DNA of 64,000 bases. It comes from Acidobacteriota bacterium. Its GTDB lineage: Bacteria > Acidobacteriota > Vicinamibacteria > Vicinamibacterales > UBA2999. The position numbers and the translations under genes were made by a program. Under the pieces are notes generated by a model that saw nothing but the letters and a program-made list of their open reading frames with translations, had not been told where the DNA came from and did not search any database. Positions 37,621-46,582 of this stretch are shown in pieces (the stretch's first letter is position 1; every line of letters starts with the position of its first letter). The DNA lies in NCBI GenBank assembly GCA_023265015.1, contig JAHFUO010000003.1, forward strand, positions 2,866 to 66,865. Direction: 5' to 3'.

Positions 37621-38072
37621 TGCCTGTGATCCTGGAATTCGAGCAGCTGAAGCACTACCGGAAAAAGGTTGCGATGGTGGACGGCGCGTTCGACCCGCTG
37701 CACCGCGGCCACATCGAGCATTTCCGCGCAGCGGCAGCGCGGCTCGACGTGCCGCTCCTCTGCAACCTGGCGTCCGATCACTACGTCAGCACCAAGCATG
37801 CGCCGCTGCTGCCCGAGGATCAGCGCGCGGCCGTGGTCGATGCCATCCGCTACATCAGCTTCACGCACATCAACCGGTTCGACACCGAGACGATCCTCCG
37901 CGAGCTGCAGCCGAAGTACTACGTGAAGGGGCGGGACTGGGACGGCCGCCTCCCACCGGACCAGGTGCGCATCTGCGGCGAGCTGGGCATCGAGGTCGTG
38001 TACCTCGACACCGTCGTCGATTCCTCGAGCCGCATTCTCAAGAGCTACACGGAGCAACAGAGCCAGCGATGA
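37620..38072 (+). CDS. Cytidylyltransferase-family nucleotidyltransferase (TagD / RfaE domain II-like)
   Basis: KKVAMVDGAFDPLHRGHIEHFRAAA (HxGH motif); 150 aa. Start TTG 37620 or GTG 37626. Confidence 0.7.
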   Translation: MPVILEFEQLKHYRKKVAMVDGAFDPLHRGHIEHFRAAAARLDVPLLCNLASDHYVSTKHAPLLPEDQRAAVVDAIRYISFTHINRFDTETILRELQPKYYVKGRDWDGRLPPDQVRICGELGIEVVYLDTVVDSSSRILKSYTEQQSQR

Positions 38073-38752
38073 ACATTACCGAGTTCGAGCAGCGCATCAT
38101 CGACCAGAAGCCGGTCGGATCCGGCCACTACGATTCCGAGTACTTCACCGGCGACTGGCGGGCGGAAGGCAACAACTACAACCTCGAGACGCGGCGGCAG
38201 ATCGAGGCGAAGAATCCATCCCTCATCAGGGACGTGTTTCACCCGAAGAAAGCGCTGGATCTCGGATGCGGTCCTGGCGCGCTGATGCACCTGCTCTGGG
38301 AGCTTGGCGTCGACGTCGAGGGGATCGATTTCGCCGAGAGCAGCAGGCAGCTCGCGACGCCGCAGGTGCGCGATCGTATGACCGTCGGCGTCGTCACCGA
38401 CCAGACGCTGAAGCCCGCGAACGCGTACGACCTCGTGATCTGCCGCGAGGTGCTCGAGCACCTCACGGTGCTGCAGGTGCGGCAGACCGTCTCGAACATG
38501 GTGCGGATGACATCGAAGTTCATCTACGCCACCACGCGTTTCCATCCGAGCCCGGCGAACCTGCTGGACTTCACGACGCAGTTCGATGTCGATCCAACCC
38601 ACATCACGCTGCTCAACAAGGACATGCTCCGCCTGATGTTCGTGCTCGAAGGCTGCCGCTCGCGCCCGGACCTCGAGGCACGCATGGACTGGGGGAACAA
38701 GGGGCGCGTGCTGGTGCTCGAGAAGCTCGGAAGCCGCGATGCCGATCGCTGA
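38069..38752 (+). CDS. Class I SAM-dependent methyltransferase
   Basis: ATGA overlap. ALDLGCGPGALMHLLWELGVDVEGIDF...YDLVICREVLEHL. In frame within track ORF 37277..38752. Confidence 0.75.
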   Translation: MNITEFEQRIIDQKPVGSGHYDSEYFTGDWRAEGNNYNLETRRQIEAKNPSLIRDVFHPKKALDLGCGPGALMHLLWELGVDVEGIDFAESSRQLATPQVRDRMTVGVVTDQTLKPANAYDLVICREVLEHLTVLQVRQTVSNMVRMTSKFIYATTRFHPSPANLLDFTTQFDVDPTHITLLNKDMLRLMFVLEGCRSRPDLEARMDWGNKGRVLVLEKLGSRDADR

Positions 38753-39209
38753 CAGCGTGCGGCTCGGTCGTGACGTCGTGATTCATCATCCGGGTCTCGT
38801 CAACCTGTACGGCTGCGCGATTGGCGACGGCACGAAGATTGGCGCGTTTGTCGAGATCCAGAAGCACGCGTCGATCGGGCGGCTCTGCAAAATCTCGTCG
38901 CACACGTTCGTGTGCGAGGGTGTCGCCATCGAGGATGAAGTGTTCGTGGGACATGGCGTGATGTTCATCAACGATCGCTACCCTCGCGCCACGGCCGCCG
39001 GGGGCCTGCAGACCGAGGCCGACTGGCAGGTTGTGCCAACACGGGTCCGCACGGGCGCGTCGATCGGCAGCGGCGCGGTGATCATGTGCGGCGTCACCAT
39101 CGGCGAGCGCGCGACGGTCGGCGCGGGCGCTGTCGTCACGCACGATGTTCCGGACGATGCGGTCGTGGCGGGCGTGCCGGCGCGCGTCCGCGCGCAGGAG
39201 GCACGATGA
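38739..39209 (+). CDS. Left-handed beta-helix N-acetyltransferase (WbpD/WlbB-like sugar 3-N-acetyltransferase)
   Basis: Hexapeptide repeats throughout: IGDGTKIGAFVEIQKHASIGRLCKISSHTFVCEGVAIEDEVFVGHGVMFINDRYPRA...TGASIGSGAVIMCGVTIGERATVGAGAVVTHDVP. Confidence 0.75.
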   Translation: MPIADSVRLGRDVVIHHPGLVNLYGCAIGDGTKIGAFVEIQKHASIGRLCKISSHTFVCEGVAIEDEVFVGHGVMFINDRYPRATAAGGLQTEADWQVVPTRVRTGASIGSGAVIMCGVTIGERATVGAGAVVTHDVPDDAVVAGVPARVRAQEAR

Positions 39210-40234
39210 TCACCGTCGGCGTGATCGGGTACGGCTACTGGGGACCGAACCTGGTGCGGAATTTCGCGGACACCGCGGGCGCGCGCGTGGGCTTCGTCAC
39301 CGATATGCGGCCGGCGCGCCTCTCCCAGGTGACGTCACGGTATCCGGCGACGAAGGTGTCGACCGATTACCGGGAGCTCATCAACGACCCGTCCGTTGAC
39401 GCCGTCGCGATCGCGACGGCGGTCTCATCGCATTTCGACCTGGCGATGGCGACGCTTCGCGCGGGCAAGCACGTGCTGGTCGAGAAGCCGATGACCTCGA
39501 CGTCGGAGCAGGCGGCTGTGCTGATCGAAGAAGCCGATCGGCGCGGGCTCGTGCTGATGGTCGACCACACGTTCGTCTACACGGACGCGGTCGCGAAGAT
39601 CCGGGAGCTGACGCAGGGCGGAGACCTTGGCGAGATTTACTACTACGACTCCGTGCGGATCAACCTCGGGCTGTTCCAGCACGACGTCAACGTACTCTGG
39701 GATCTCGCCGTTCACGATCTCTCGATCATGGACTACGTCCTGTCGCAGTCGCCCTCCGCCGTGTCGGCGACCGGCCTCGCGCATGTGGCCGGTCAGCCGG
39801 AGAACATCGCGTACATGACGATGTTCTTCGACGGACGGCTGATTGCACACGTGCACGTGAACTGGCTGGCGCCGGTGAAGGTGCGGCGCACGCTGCTCGG
39901 CGGCAGCCGCCGCATGATCGTGTTCGATGACCTCGAGGCCAGCGAGAAGGTCAAGGTGTACGACCGCGGGATCTCCGTGAACCCAAGCCCCGAGAACGTG
40001 TACCAGATGCTTGTCGGCTACCGCGCCGGCGACATGTGGGCGCCGCAGCTTGGCATCAGCGAGGCGCTGCACACCGAAGCACAGCACTTCGTCGAATGCA
40101 TCGAGCAGAAGCGGACACCGCGCACCGACGGTCGTGCCGGCCTTCGCGTGGTGCGGCTGCTCGAGGCCGCCACTCAATCGATGGCGCAGCAGGGACGTCT
40201 CGTCTCGCTCGCGGCATCAACACCCGTGCTGTAG
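39206..40234 (+). CDS. Gfo/Idh/MocA-family oxidoreductase (WbpB/WlbA-like sugar 3-dehydrogenase candidate)
   Basis: ATGA overlap. MITVGVIGYGYWGPNLVRNF...VDAVAIATAVSSHFDLAMATLRAGKHVLVEKPM. Confidence 0.75.
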   Translation: MITVGVIGYGYWGPNLVRNFADTAGARVGFVTDMRPARLSQVTSRYPATKVSTDYRELINDPSVDAVAIATAVSSHFDLAMATLRAGKHVLVEKPMTSTSEQAAVLIEEADRRGLVLMVDHTFVYTDAVAKIRELTQGGDLGEIYYYDSVRINLGLFQHDVNVLWDLAVHDLSIMDYVLSQSPSAVSATGLAHVAGQPENIAYMTMFFDGRLIAHVHVNWLAPVKVRRTLLGGSRRMIVFDDLEASEKVKVYDRGISVNPSPENVYQMLVGYRAGDMWAPQLGISEALHTEAQHFVECIEQKRTPRTDGRAGLRVVRLLEAATQSMAQQGRLVSLAASTPVL

Positions 40235-40237
40235 CAC

Positions 40238-41845
40238 GTGCGACGATGGCCCGCCGCGGTATACGTCGCGTTGTTCGCGCTGACGGCGGCGTTCCGGTTC
40301 CTCGCGCTGAAGAACGGGTTCGTCAACGATCACTTCGTCTACATCAGCGGCGGCCGGCAGATGCTGTTCGGCGAGTGGCCGACGCGCGACTTCATCGACC
40401 CGGGCCTGCCGCTCATGTTCGCGGCCTCCGCGCTGGCGCAGAAGATCTTCGGGCAGACGCTCTTCGCCGAAGCGATGCTAATTTCGGTCGCCTTCGGCCT
40501 CGCCGCGGCGTTCACGGCGGCTGCGGTTCGATCGCTGACCGGATCGATGACGCTGGTGATCGCCGCCGCGCTCATCGAGATCGCCGTCTTCCCGCGGACC
40601 TACAGCTATCCGAAGATCCTCGCCTATGCGATCGAGTTCTGGCTGTACGGGAGATACCTGGCCCGGCCCGGCATCGGCCGCGCGCTCGCGATGGCGGCGG
40701 GCGTGGCGATGGCGTTCATGTTCCGCCACGATCACGGCCTGTTCCTGTGGGGTGGTGGCGTGCTGACGACGATGCTCGATCGCGAGGCGACGACGTGGAA
40801 GGCGTCGCTGCGCGCAGCGGCGGGCTTCAGCGCGTTCGTCATGCTCCTGCTGCTTCCATACCTGCTCTACGTCCAGGTGAACGGCGGGCTCTGGCTGTAC
40901 ATCCAGAACGGCATCCAGTTCAGCGAGCGCGAGGCGGGCCGGCAGTGGCACGTCTGGCCGAGGGTGTTCGGCGACGAGCGGCCGCTTGAATCGGCGCTTG
41001 TCTACGAGCTCCATCTGCTCCCGCTCGTCGCGATCGCGGTCCTGCTGGCGCGAAGAGCGCGTGAGGACTTCCGTGCCGCGGCCGCGAGCCTGCTTCCGCT
41101 TGCTGCGGTTGCCGTGGCGGTGAACGTCAGCTTCATCCGCGATCCGCTGAACACGCGCCTTGCGGACGCGATTGTGCCGGCGGTGATGCTCGGCGCGTGG
41201 CTGGTCTCGCGCGCGTTCGAGTCGTCGAGCCGTCGCGCGCTCACGATTCCGATCGCCTGCGTGTTCACGCTGCTGCTCGGTGCGTCGGTGCTGGCCGTCG
41301 GGTTCACGCACGAAGAGATCAATCGCGCAGGCCTGCTCGGGCGGCGGCAGCAGATTCCAGGCCGGTTTGTCGAGCGCACCGCGGATCTGCAATCGCGCTT
41401 CACCGATTACCAGATGCCGACGCCCGCCGCGCGCCGCCTCGTCCCGTTCTTCAGGTACGTCGATCGCTGCACCGCGCCAACCGATCGGATCCTCGTGGGC
41501 GGCTTTCTGCCCGAGATTCCGTTCTACGCGCAGCGGCTGTTCGCGGGCGGGCAGGGCTATTTCGGCGCCTACTTCGGCTCCGAGGCGAACGAACGGTTCG
41601 CCTTCGACCATCTTCGGCAGCAGCGCGTGCCGTTCGCGATCGTGCCCAGCGATGGTGAGACCGAATTCAACAAGCGATTTCCACTCGTCGCCGGCTACGT
41701 CCGTGCCCGCTATGCACCGCTGGCGGACGTGCCGATTGACGACGAGCAGACGATCCATATCCTCGTGAACCGCGAGATGCCGGCCGCGTCACGGGATCCC
41801 GAAACCGGCTGGCCCTGTTCCCCTCACACGTCGCGAAGCTCATGA
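40238..41845 (+). CDS. Polytopic membrane protein, family C, tandem copy 1 (GT-C-like candidate)
   Basis: 535 aa, GTG start. NDHFVYISGGRQMLFGEWPTRDFIDPGLPLMF just after TM1, then about 11 more hydrophobic helices and a C-terminal soluble domain. Roughly 75-80 percent identical by eye to 41842..43548. Confidence 0.75.
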   Translation: MRRWPAAVYVALFALTAAFRFLALKNGFVNDHFVYISGGRQMLFGEWPTRDFIDPGLPLMFAASALAQKIFGQTLFAEAMLISVAFGLAAAFTAAAVRSLTGSMTLVIAAALIEIAVFPRTYSYPKILAYAIEFWLYGRYLARPGIGRALAMAAGVAMAFMFRHDHGLFLWGGGVLTTMLDREATTWKASLRAAAGFSAFVMLLLLPYLLYVQVNGGLWLYIQNGIQFSEREAGRQWHVWPRVFGDERPLESALVYELHLLPLVAIAVLLARRAREDFRAAAASLLPLAAVAVAVNVSFIRDPLNTRLADAIVPAVMLGAWLVSRAFESSSRRALTIPIACVFTLLLGASVLAVGFTHEEINRAGLLGRRQQIPGRFVERTADLQSRFTDYQMPTPAARRLVPFFRYVDRCTAPTDRILVGGFLPEIPFYAQRLFAGGQGYFGAYFGSEANERFAFDHLRQQRVPFAIVPSDGETEFNKRFPLVAGYVRARYAPLADVPIDDEQTIHILVNREMPAASRDPETGWPCSPHTSRSS

Positions 41846-43548
41846 GTCCATTCGTTGACCTTCGGACGCAGTACCACAGCATCAAGACCGAGATCGACGA
41901 CGCCAGTCTCGCGGGTGTGCCGCCGCGTGAGCGCGTCGTGCCGGTACGGTGGCCGGGCATCCAGGCACGGACAGCCGGGATGCTCGTTCTTCTGTTCGTG
42001 CTGACCGCCGCGTTCCGCTTTCTCGCGCTGAAGTTCGGATTCGTCAACGATCACTTTGAGTACATCAGCGGTGGAAGGCAGATGCTGTTCGGGGAGTGGC
42101 CCACCCGCGATTTCATCGACCCGGGCGAGCCGCTCATGTTCGCCGCGTCGGCGCTGGCGCAGACGGTATTTGGCCAGACGCTGTTCGCGGAAGCGATGCT
42201 CGTGGCGATCGCATTCGGCCTGGCGGCGGCGTTCACGGCGGCCGCGGTTCGCCAGTTGACCGGATCGATTGCGTTGGCGATCCTCGCGGCGCTCTTCGAG
42301 ATCGCCGTGTACCCGCGAACGTACAGCTACCCGAAGATTCTCGCGTATGCGTTCGAGTTCTGGCTGTACGGGAGATACCTCGCGCGTCCGGATCTGCGGC
42401 GCCTGTTCGCGATCGCGGCGGGCGTCGCGATCGCCTTCCTGTTTCGCCACGACCACGGCCTTTTCCTCTGGGCCGGAGGCGTGCTGACGGTGGCGCTGAA
42501 TCGGGAGTCAACATCGTGGAAACGGCCGGCTCGAGCGGCGGCGGTCTTCACCGCGTTGGTGGTGCTGCTGCTCCTTCCGTATCTGATGTACGCGCAGGTG
42601 CACGGCGGCTTGTGGCAGTACTTCCGCACCGGCGTGGAGTACGGGGCACGTGAAGCGAGCCGACAGTGGCACGTCTGGCCTCGGATCGTCGGCGACGCCC
42701 GCCCGCTCGAATCGGCGCTCGTGTACGAGCTGTATCTGCTGCCCGCGATCGCCATTGCGGTAGTCCTGGCTGGACGGGCGCGTGAGGATGCTCGAGCCGT
42801 CGCCGTCCGCGTGCTGCCGCTTGCGGTCGTGGCTCTGCTCGTGAACGTCACCTTCATTCGCGATCCGCTGAACACGCGCCTCGCCGACGCCATCGTGCCC
42901 GCGGTGATGCTTGGCGCCTGGCTGCTCGCCCGCACGCGGAATGCGTCAGCGAGCCGCGCGCTCGCGATCCCGATCGCGATCGTGTGCACGGGGCTGATGG
43001 GCGCCTCGGTACTCGCGGTGGGGCACACGCGCGATGAGATCGATCGCGCAGGACTGCTCGGCCACACTGAGGAAATCCCGGGGCGCTTCGTGGAGCGGAC
43101 TGCCGATCTCCGCGCACGCTTCACGGACTACCAGCTGCCATCGCGGGCCGCACGGCGCCTGATCCCGTTCTTTCGATACGTGGATCGGTGCACCTCGACG
43201 ACAGATCGAATACTCGTTGGCGGATATCTGCCGGAAATTCCCTTCTACGCGCAGCGCTTGTTTGCCGCCGGGCAGGAATATTTCGGCGGGTACTACAGCT
43301 CGGATGCGAACCAGCGGTTTGCGTACGATCACTTTCGGCGCCAGAGTGTTCCGCTCGTCATCATCCCCACTGATTACCAGCAGGAATTCGACAGGCGCTT
43401 TCTACTCGTCGCCGGCTACGTTCACGCCCGGTATGCACCCCTGACGGATGTCCCCGTCGACGATGGGCTGACAATCCATATTCTCGTGAGCCGCGACATG
43501 CCAGCCGCCGCGCGGGATCCCGAGACAGGCTGGCCCTGTTTTCGATGA
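41842..43548 (+). CDS. Polytopic membrane protein, family C, tandem copy 2; the annotated start is a duplicated degT 5' fragment
   Basis: The ORF opens with MSPFVDLRTQYHSIKTEIDDA, matching MIPFADLQSQYRSIKSEIDAA of degT at 43553. Homology to copy 1 begins at MLVLLFVLTAAFRFLALKFGFVNDHFEYISGGRQ (~41977). The true start may therefore be internal. Confidence 0.7.
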   Translation: MSPFVDLRTQYHSIKTEIDDASLAGVPPRERVVPVRWPGIQARTAGMLVLLFVLTAAFRFLALKFGFVNDHFEYISGGRQMLFGEWPTRDFIDPGEPLMFAASALAQTVFGQTLFAEAMLVAIAFGLAAAFTAAAVRQLTGSIALAILAALFEIAVYPRTYSYPKILAYAFEFWLYGRYLARPDLRRLFAIAAGVAIAFLFRHDHGLFLWAGGVLTVALNRESTSWKRPARAAAVFTALVVLLLLPYLMYAQVHGGLWQYFRTGVEYGAREASRQWHVWPRIVGDARPLESALVYELYLLPAIAIAVVLAGRAREDARAVAVRVLPLAVVALLVNVTFIRDPLNTRLADAIVPAVMLGAWLLARTRNASASRALAIPIAIVCTGLMGASVLAVGHTRDEIDRAGLLGHTEEIPGRFVERTADLRARFTDYQLPSRAARRLIPFFRYVDRCTSTTDRILVGGYLPEIPFYAQRLFAAGQEYFGGYYSSDANQRFAYDHFRRQSVPLVIIPTDYQQEFDRRFLLVAGYVHARYAPLTDVPVDDGLTIHILVSRDMPAAARDPETGWPCFR

Positions 43549-43552
43549 CCTC

Positions 43553-44653
43553 ATGATTCCATTTGCCGACCTTCAGTCGCAGTACCGCAGCATCAAAAGC
43601 GAGATCGATGCCGCGATCGGCCGCGTGCTCGAGAGCGCGCAGTTCGTCCTCGGCGAGGAGGTCGCGGGGTTCGAGGGCGACTTCGCGCAGTATTGCCAGG
43701 CGTCGGAGTGCGTGGCGGTGAACTCGGGCACGAGCGCGCTGCACCTGGCGCTGCTGGCCGCCGGCATCGGGCCGGGCGATGAAGTGATCACGGTTCCGTT
43801 CACGTTCGTCGCGACCGTCTCCGCCATCGGCTACACGGGTGCCCGGGCGGTGTTGGTCGACATCGAGCCCGAGTACTTCACGATCGATCCTTCGAAGATC
43901 GAAGCGGCCATCACGCCGCGGACGCGTGCGATCATGCCGGTGCACCTGTACGGCCAGCCGGCCGACATGGATCCGATCCTCGACATCGCGCGCCACCACC
44001 GGCTGACGGTCATCGAGGATGCGGCGCAGGCGCACGGCGCGGAGTATCACGGCCGTCGCTGCGGATCGCTCGCCGAGATTGCCGGCTTCAGCTTCTATCC
44101 GGGCAAGAACCTCGGCGCGTACGGCGAAGGTGGCGCGGTGACGACCGCCCGCGCCGACGTTGCGCCGACCTGCCGCACGTTGCGCGACTGGGGACAGGAG
44201 AAGCGGTACGAGCACCGCGTGAAGGGCTTCAACTACCGGATGGACGGCATCCAGGGCGCGGTTCTCCGTGTCAAGCTGCGCCACCTCGAAGAGTGGACGG
44301 AGAAGCGGCGGCAGGTGGCTTCGTGGTACGCCGAGACGCTGGCTCCGGAGAGCGTGAGGCTGCCGAAGGCGCGGCCCGGATGCCGCCACGTCTATCACGT
44401 CTTCGCCGTGCGCACCGGCGATCGCGACCGGCTGCGCGACGTGCTGGGCAAGGAGGGCATACAGACGGGCATTCACTATCCGATCCCCGTGCACCTGCAG
44501 CCGGCCCACGCGGACCTTGGGTACCGCGCCGGCGATTTTCCGAACGCCGAGGCCGCCGCGCGCGACGTGCTGTCGCTTCCGATGTTTCCAGAAATGACTC
44601 GCGCGCAGGTCGAGCAGGTCGCTTCCGTCATCTCCACGGCGGTTCGCGTGTGA
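43553..44653 (+). CDS. DegT/DnrJ/EryC1/StrS-family PLP-dependent sugar aminotransferase (WbpE-like)
   Basis: FADLQSQYRSIKSEID, AVNSGTSALHLALLAAGIGPGDEVITVPFTFVAT, FSFYPGKNLGAYGEGGAV (PLP lysine). Confidence 0.85.
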   Translation: MIPFADLQSQYRSIKSEIDAAIGRVLESAQFVLGEEVAGFEGDFAQYCQASECVAVNSGTSALHLALLAAGIGPGDEVITVPFTFVATVSAIGYTGARAVLVDIEPEYFTIDPSKIEAAITPRTRAIMPVHLYGQPADMDPILDIARHHRLTVIEDAAQAHGAEYHGRRCGSLAEIAGFSFYPGKNLGAYGEGGAVTTARADVAPTCRTLRDWGQEKRYEHRVKGFNYRMDGIQGAVLRVKLRHLEEWTEKRRQVASWYAETLAPESVRLPKARPGCRHVYHVFAVRTGDRDRLRDVLGKEGIQTGIHYPIPVHLQPAHADLGYRAGDFPNAEAAARDVLSLPMFPEMTRAQVEQVASVISTAVRV

Positions 44654-44666
44654 GCACCAGCGCGAT

Positions 44667-45359
44667 ATGACGTCATCCGGCGCGCGGATCGTCCCGGCTG
44701 TCCACGGCGTGAAGCCAATTGAGCGCGACCCGGACGCCGAGCTGGCGCTCAGCGAGGACCTTCGCCGCCTCAACTCGACTGACGAGCTGCTGGAGCTCGC
44801 GGCCCGTCACGCGCTCGGTGAGGGCGAGATCGCCGCATCGATGCGCCGTGCGGTCTGGCGCGTGCTCGCCCGCCGGTTCGGCCACGGCGTGCGCATCGGC
44901 CGAGGCGCCATCGCCGCGCATCTGGAGACGTTCGAGATTGGCGACGGCGTCTTCATCGGCGAGCAGGCATTCATCCAGGGACGCGTGGGCGGCCGCTGCG
45001 TGATCGGCGACCACGCCTGGATTGGGCCTCAGAGCTATCTCGATGCGCGCGACCTTGTCATCGAGACGTACGTCGGGTGGGGCCCCGGCGCGAGGGCGCT
45101 CGGGTCGCAGCACACCGGGCGGCCGCCAGACGTGCCGATCATCCAGACGGATCTCGTGATCAAGCCGACGCGCATCGGCGAGTGGGCCGACATCGGTGTG
45201 AACGCCGTGATTCTTCCGGGCGTCACCGTCGGCAGGGGCGCGATCGTCGGCGCCGGAGCCGTCGTGACGCGGGACGTCGATCCGTTTTCGATCGTCGTCG
45301 GCGTGCCCGCGAAATTCCTGCGGTGGCGGGACGGCCACGAGCCTTCGCCTACCTTATGA
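44667..45359 (+). CDS. Left-handed beta-helix acyl/acetyltransferase
   Basis: IGDGVFIGEQAFIQGRVGGRCVIGDHAWIGPQSYL...IGEWADIGVNAVILPGVTVGRGAIVGAGAVVTRDV. Confidence 0.7.
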   Translation: MTSSGARIVPAVHGVKPIERDPDAELALSEDLRRLNSTDELLELAARHALGEGEIAASMRRAVWRVLARRFGHGVRIGRGAIAAHLETFEIGDGVFIGEQAFIQGRVGGRCVIGDHAWIGPQSYLDARDLVIETYVGWGPGARALGSQHTGRPPDVPIIQTDLVIKPTRIGEWADIGVNAVILPGVTVGRGAIVGAGAVVTRDVDPFSIVVGVPAKFLRWRDGHEPSPTL

Positions 45360-46582
45360 GTATTTCCATCGCCGCCCAGAATCTCGCGCGGGTCGTCTGG
45401 AACCGTACGGCGAAGCTCTATCGCCGCGGCAGACACTGGACGCTGCGGCACCGGAAGGACGTGCGTGAATCGGGCAAGCATGCGCGCGCGCAAGTGAAGC
45501 AGAGCGGCGAACGCGGCCGCGATGCGGCGCAGAACGCCTACGCCGGCATCGTGCGGACGTCACGGTACTGGGATCGGCTGCGCCGGCGCACGTGGCCCGC
45601 GATCTCGCGTGACGTGTCGGTGCGGCGCACGTTGCGCGCGGTGGCGGCCGGCTCGGGGCCCATCATCCTCGGGCCCTGGCTGTCGGAAGTGGGCTACGAG
45701 GCGCTCTACTGGGTGCCGTTCGTGCGGTGGTTTACCCGCCAATACGACGTCGATCCCGATCGGGTCATCGCGCTGTCGCGAGGCGGCGTGTCAGCGTGGT
45801 ACGGCGGCATTTCGTCCGGGTACGTCGAGCAGTTCGAGTTATTCACGCCGCAGGAGTTTGCAGCACACAACGACGCGCGCCGTGGCGATGCCGATCAGAA
45901 GCAACTCGCGCTGTCGGCCTTCGATCGGGAGATCCTGTCGCGCGCCCGGGCGCGGCTCGGGATCGACGGAGCAACGGTCTGCCATCCGTCGGCGATGTTC
46001 GGGCTCCTTCGCCAGTTCTGGCTCGGCAATGACTCACTGCAGTACGTCCTCGACTACACCGAGTACGCGCCGATCCGGACGATCGCGCCCGTGGAGCTTC
46101 CGGCGCTTCCCGACGAGTTCGTCGCGGTGAAGTTCTATACCGGCCGCGCGCTGATGGACACGCCCGCTCACCGCGACATGCTTCGCGGCCTGGTCGGGCG
46201 CATCGCGCGGAAGTATCCCGTCGTGACGCTCAACACGAACCTGTCGCTCGACGAGCACGAGGACTACGTCTTCCAGGACATTCCCGGGGTCATCACGCTC
46301 GATCGCTGGATGACGCCGCAGAACAATCTCGCCATCCAGACCGAAGTGATCCGCCGGGCGTCGCGGTTTGTCGGCACCTGCGGCAGCCTGGCCTGGCTTG
46401 CCCCGATGCTCGGGACCGACACGCTCGCCGTGTACGCCGACGATCATTTCCTCACGCCGCACCTCTACGCGGCGCGCCACGCGTACGCGTCGATGGAGGC
46501 TGCGCGTTTTACCGCGGTGGATCTCGCCGTCCTCGACCAGATTGACGTCCTCGACCCTGCGGAGCGATGGGTGTCACGGTGA
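45356..46582 (+). CDS. Family B protein, copy B6
   Basis: ATGA overlap. IILGPWLSEVGYEALYWVPFVRWF, ALSRGGVSAWY, VCHPSAMFGL, DEFVAVKFYT, RFVGTCGSLAWLAPMLGT. Basic N-terminal extension of about 95 aa. Confidence 0.75.
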   Translation: MSISIAAQNLARVVWNRTAKLYRRGRHWTLRHRKDVRESGKHARAQVKQSGERGRDAAQNAYAGIVRTSRYWDRLRRRTWPAISRDVSVRRTLRAVAAGSGPIILGPWLSEVGYEALYWVPFVRWFTRQYDVDPDRVIALSRGGVSAWYGGISSGYVEQFELFTPQEFAAHNDARRGDADQKQLALSAFDREILSRARARLGIDGATVCHPSAMFGLLRQFWLGNDSLQYVLDYTEYAPIRTIAPVELPALPDEFVAVKFYTGRALMDTPAHRDMLRGLVGRIARKYPVVTLNTNLSLDEHEDYVFQDIPGVITLDRWMTPQNNLAIQTEVIRRASRFVGTCGSLAWLAPMLGTDTLAVYADDHFLTPHLYAARHAYASMEAARFTAVDLAVLDQIDVLDPAERWVSR

